A stretch of 62,584 bases of DNA, filler included, from Nemertoderma westbladi (taxonomy: Eukaryota; Animalia; Xenacoelomorpha), in assembly GCA_032718475.1 (NCBI GenBank). It is 3 parts of 3 records of this genome, joined end to end, with 100 filler letters (N's around TTAATTAATTAA, not from the genome) between each part and the next. Parts side by side here need not be neighbours in the genome. Positions count along the whole stretch, not along the records: positions 49,273 to 62,584 come from JAUCBJ010006362.1; 2 more parts are not named here. One strand, 5' to 3'. Of this stretch, positions 62,393-62,584 are shown piece after piece. Below the pieces are notes generated by a model that worked only from the letters and a program-made list of their open reading frames with translations, was not told the origin of the DNA and did not search any database. Position numbers and translations under genes: made by a program. Position 1 is the stretch's first letter; each line of letters starts with the position of its first letter.

Positions 62393-62584
62393 GTGGGTAT
62401 CTATTAATTCTTAGTCCACCCTTATTGGTGCCAATTCACAATTAAGTACCAGCTGATTGTTAGTTACTGTAGGCCGAACCCTGTAAAGGGCGGCAGTTGG
62501 CAATTTACATCAGTAGAGAATTTACATCAGTAGTTAATCGGTCAGTGCGCAGTCAGACAAAATAGAACAATATAGATCATATAA

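Overview
AT-rich, repeat-dense animal (invertebrate-type) nuclear DNA with two 100-nt scaffold gaps; no prokaryotic, rRNA or CRISPR features. Supported coding content: (1) an apparently intact two-exon THAP + P-element/Galileo-type transposase in a long-TIR element (17861->21987, minus); (2) an intronless LRR-GAIN/GPS-7TM adhesion GPCR (29829-32459, minus); (3) the last three phase-0 exons of a coiled-coil gene (44843->39980, minus); (4) a truncated gag in a 1.47-kb LTR element with apparently identical LTRs. The rest is CR1 and RTE LINE fragments, several tRNA-derived SINE families, many MITEs (hAT-, PIF-, Tc1-, CMC-, IS3EU-, MULE-like), Helitron-type elements and tandem arrays (units of 22, 34, 36, 47, 32, 15/21 and 41 bp). 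Most long ORFs in the track are satellite artefacts. Best leads: a GC-rich array of repeated RNA-like modules with a cUUCGg hairpin on a kink-turn-like motif (4316-5070); a 4.9-kb satellite amplified from an internal SINE segment; and a P-type transposon with RFX X-boxes in its TIRs plus a 55-bp cognate mini-element upstream of the GPCR. All alignments and folds were done by eye; family assignments need database confirmation.
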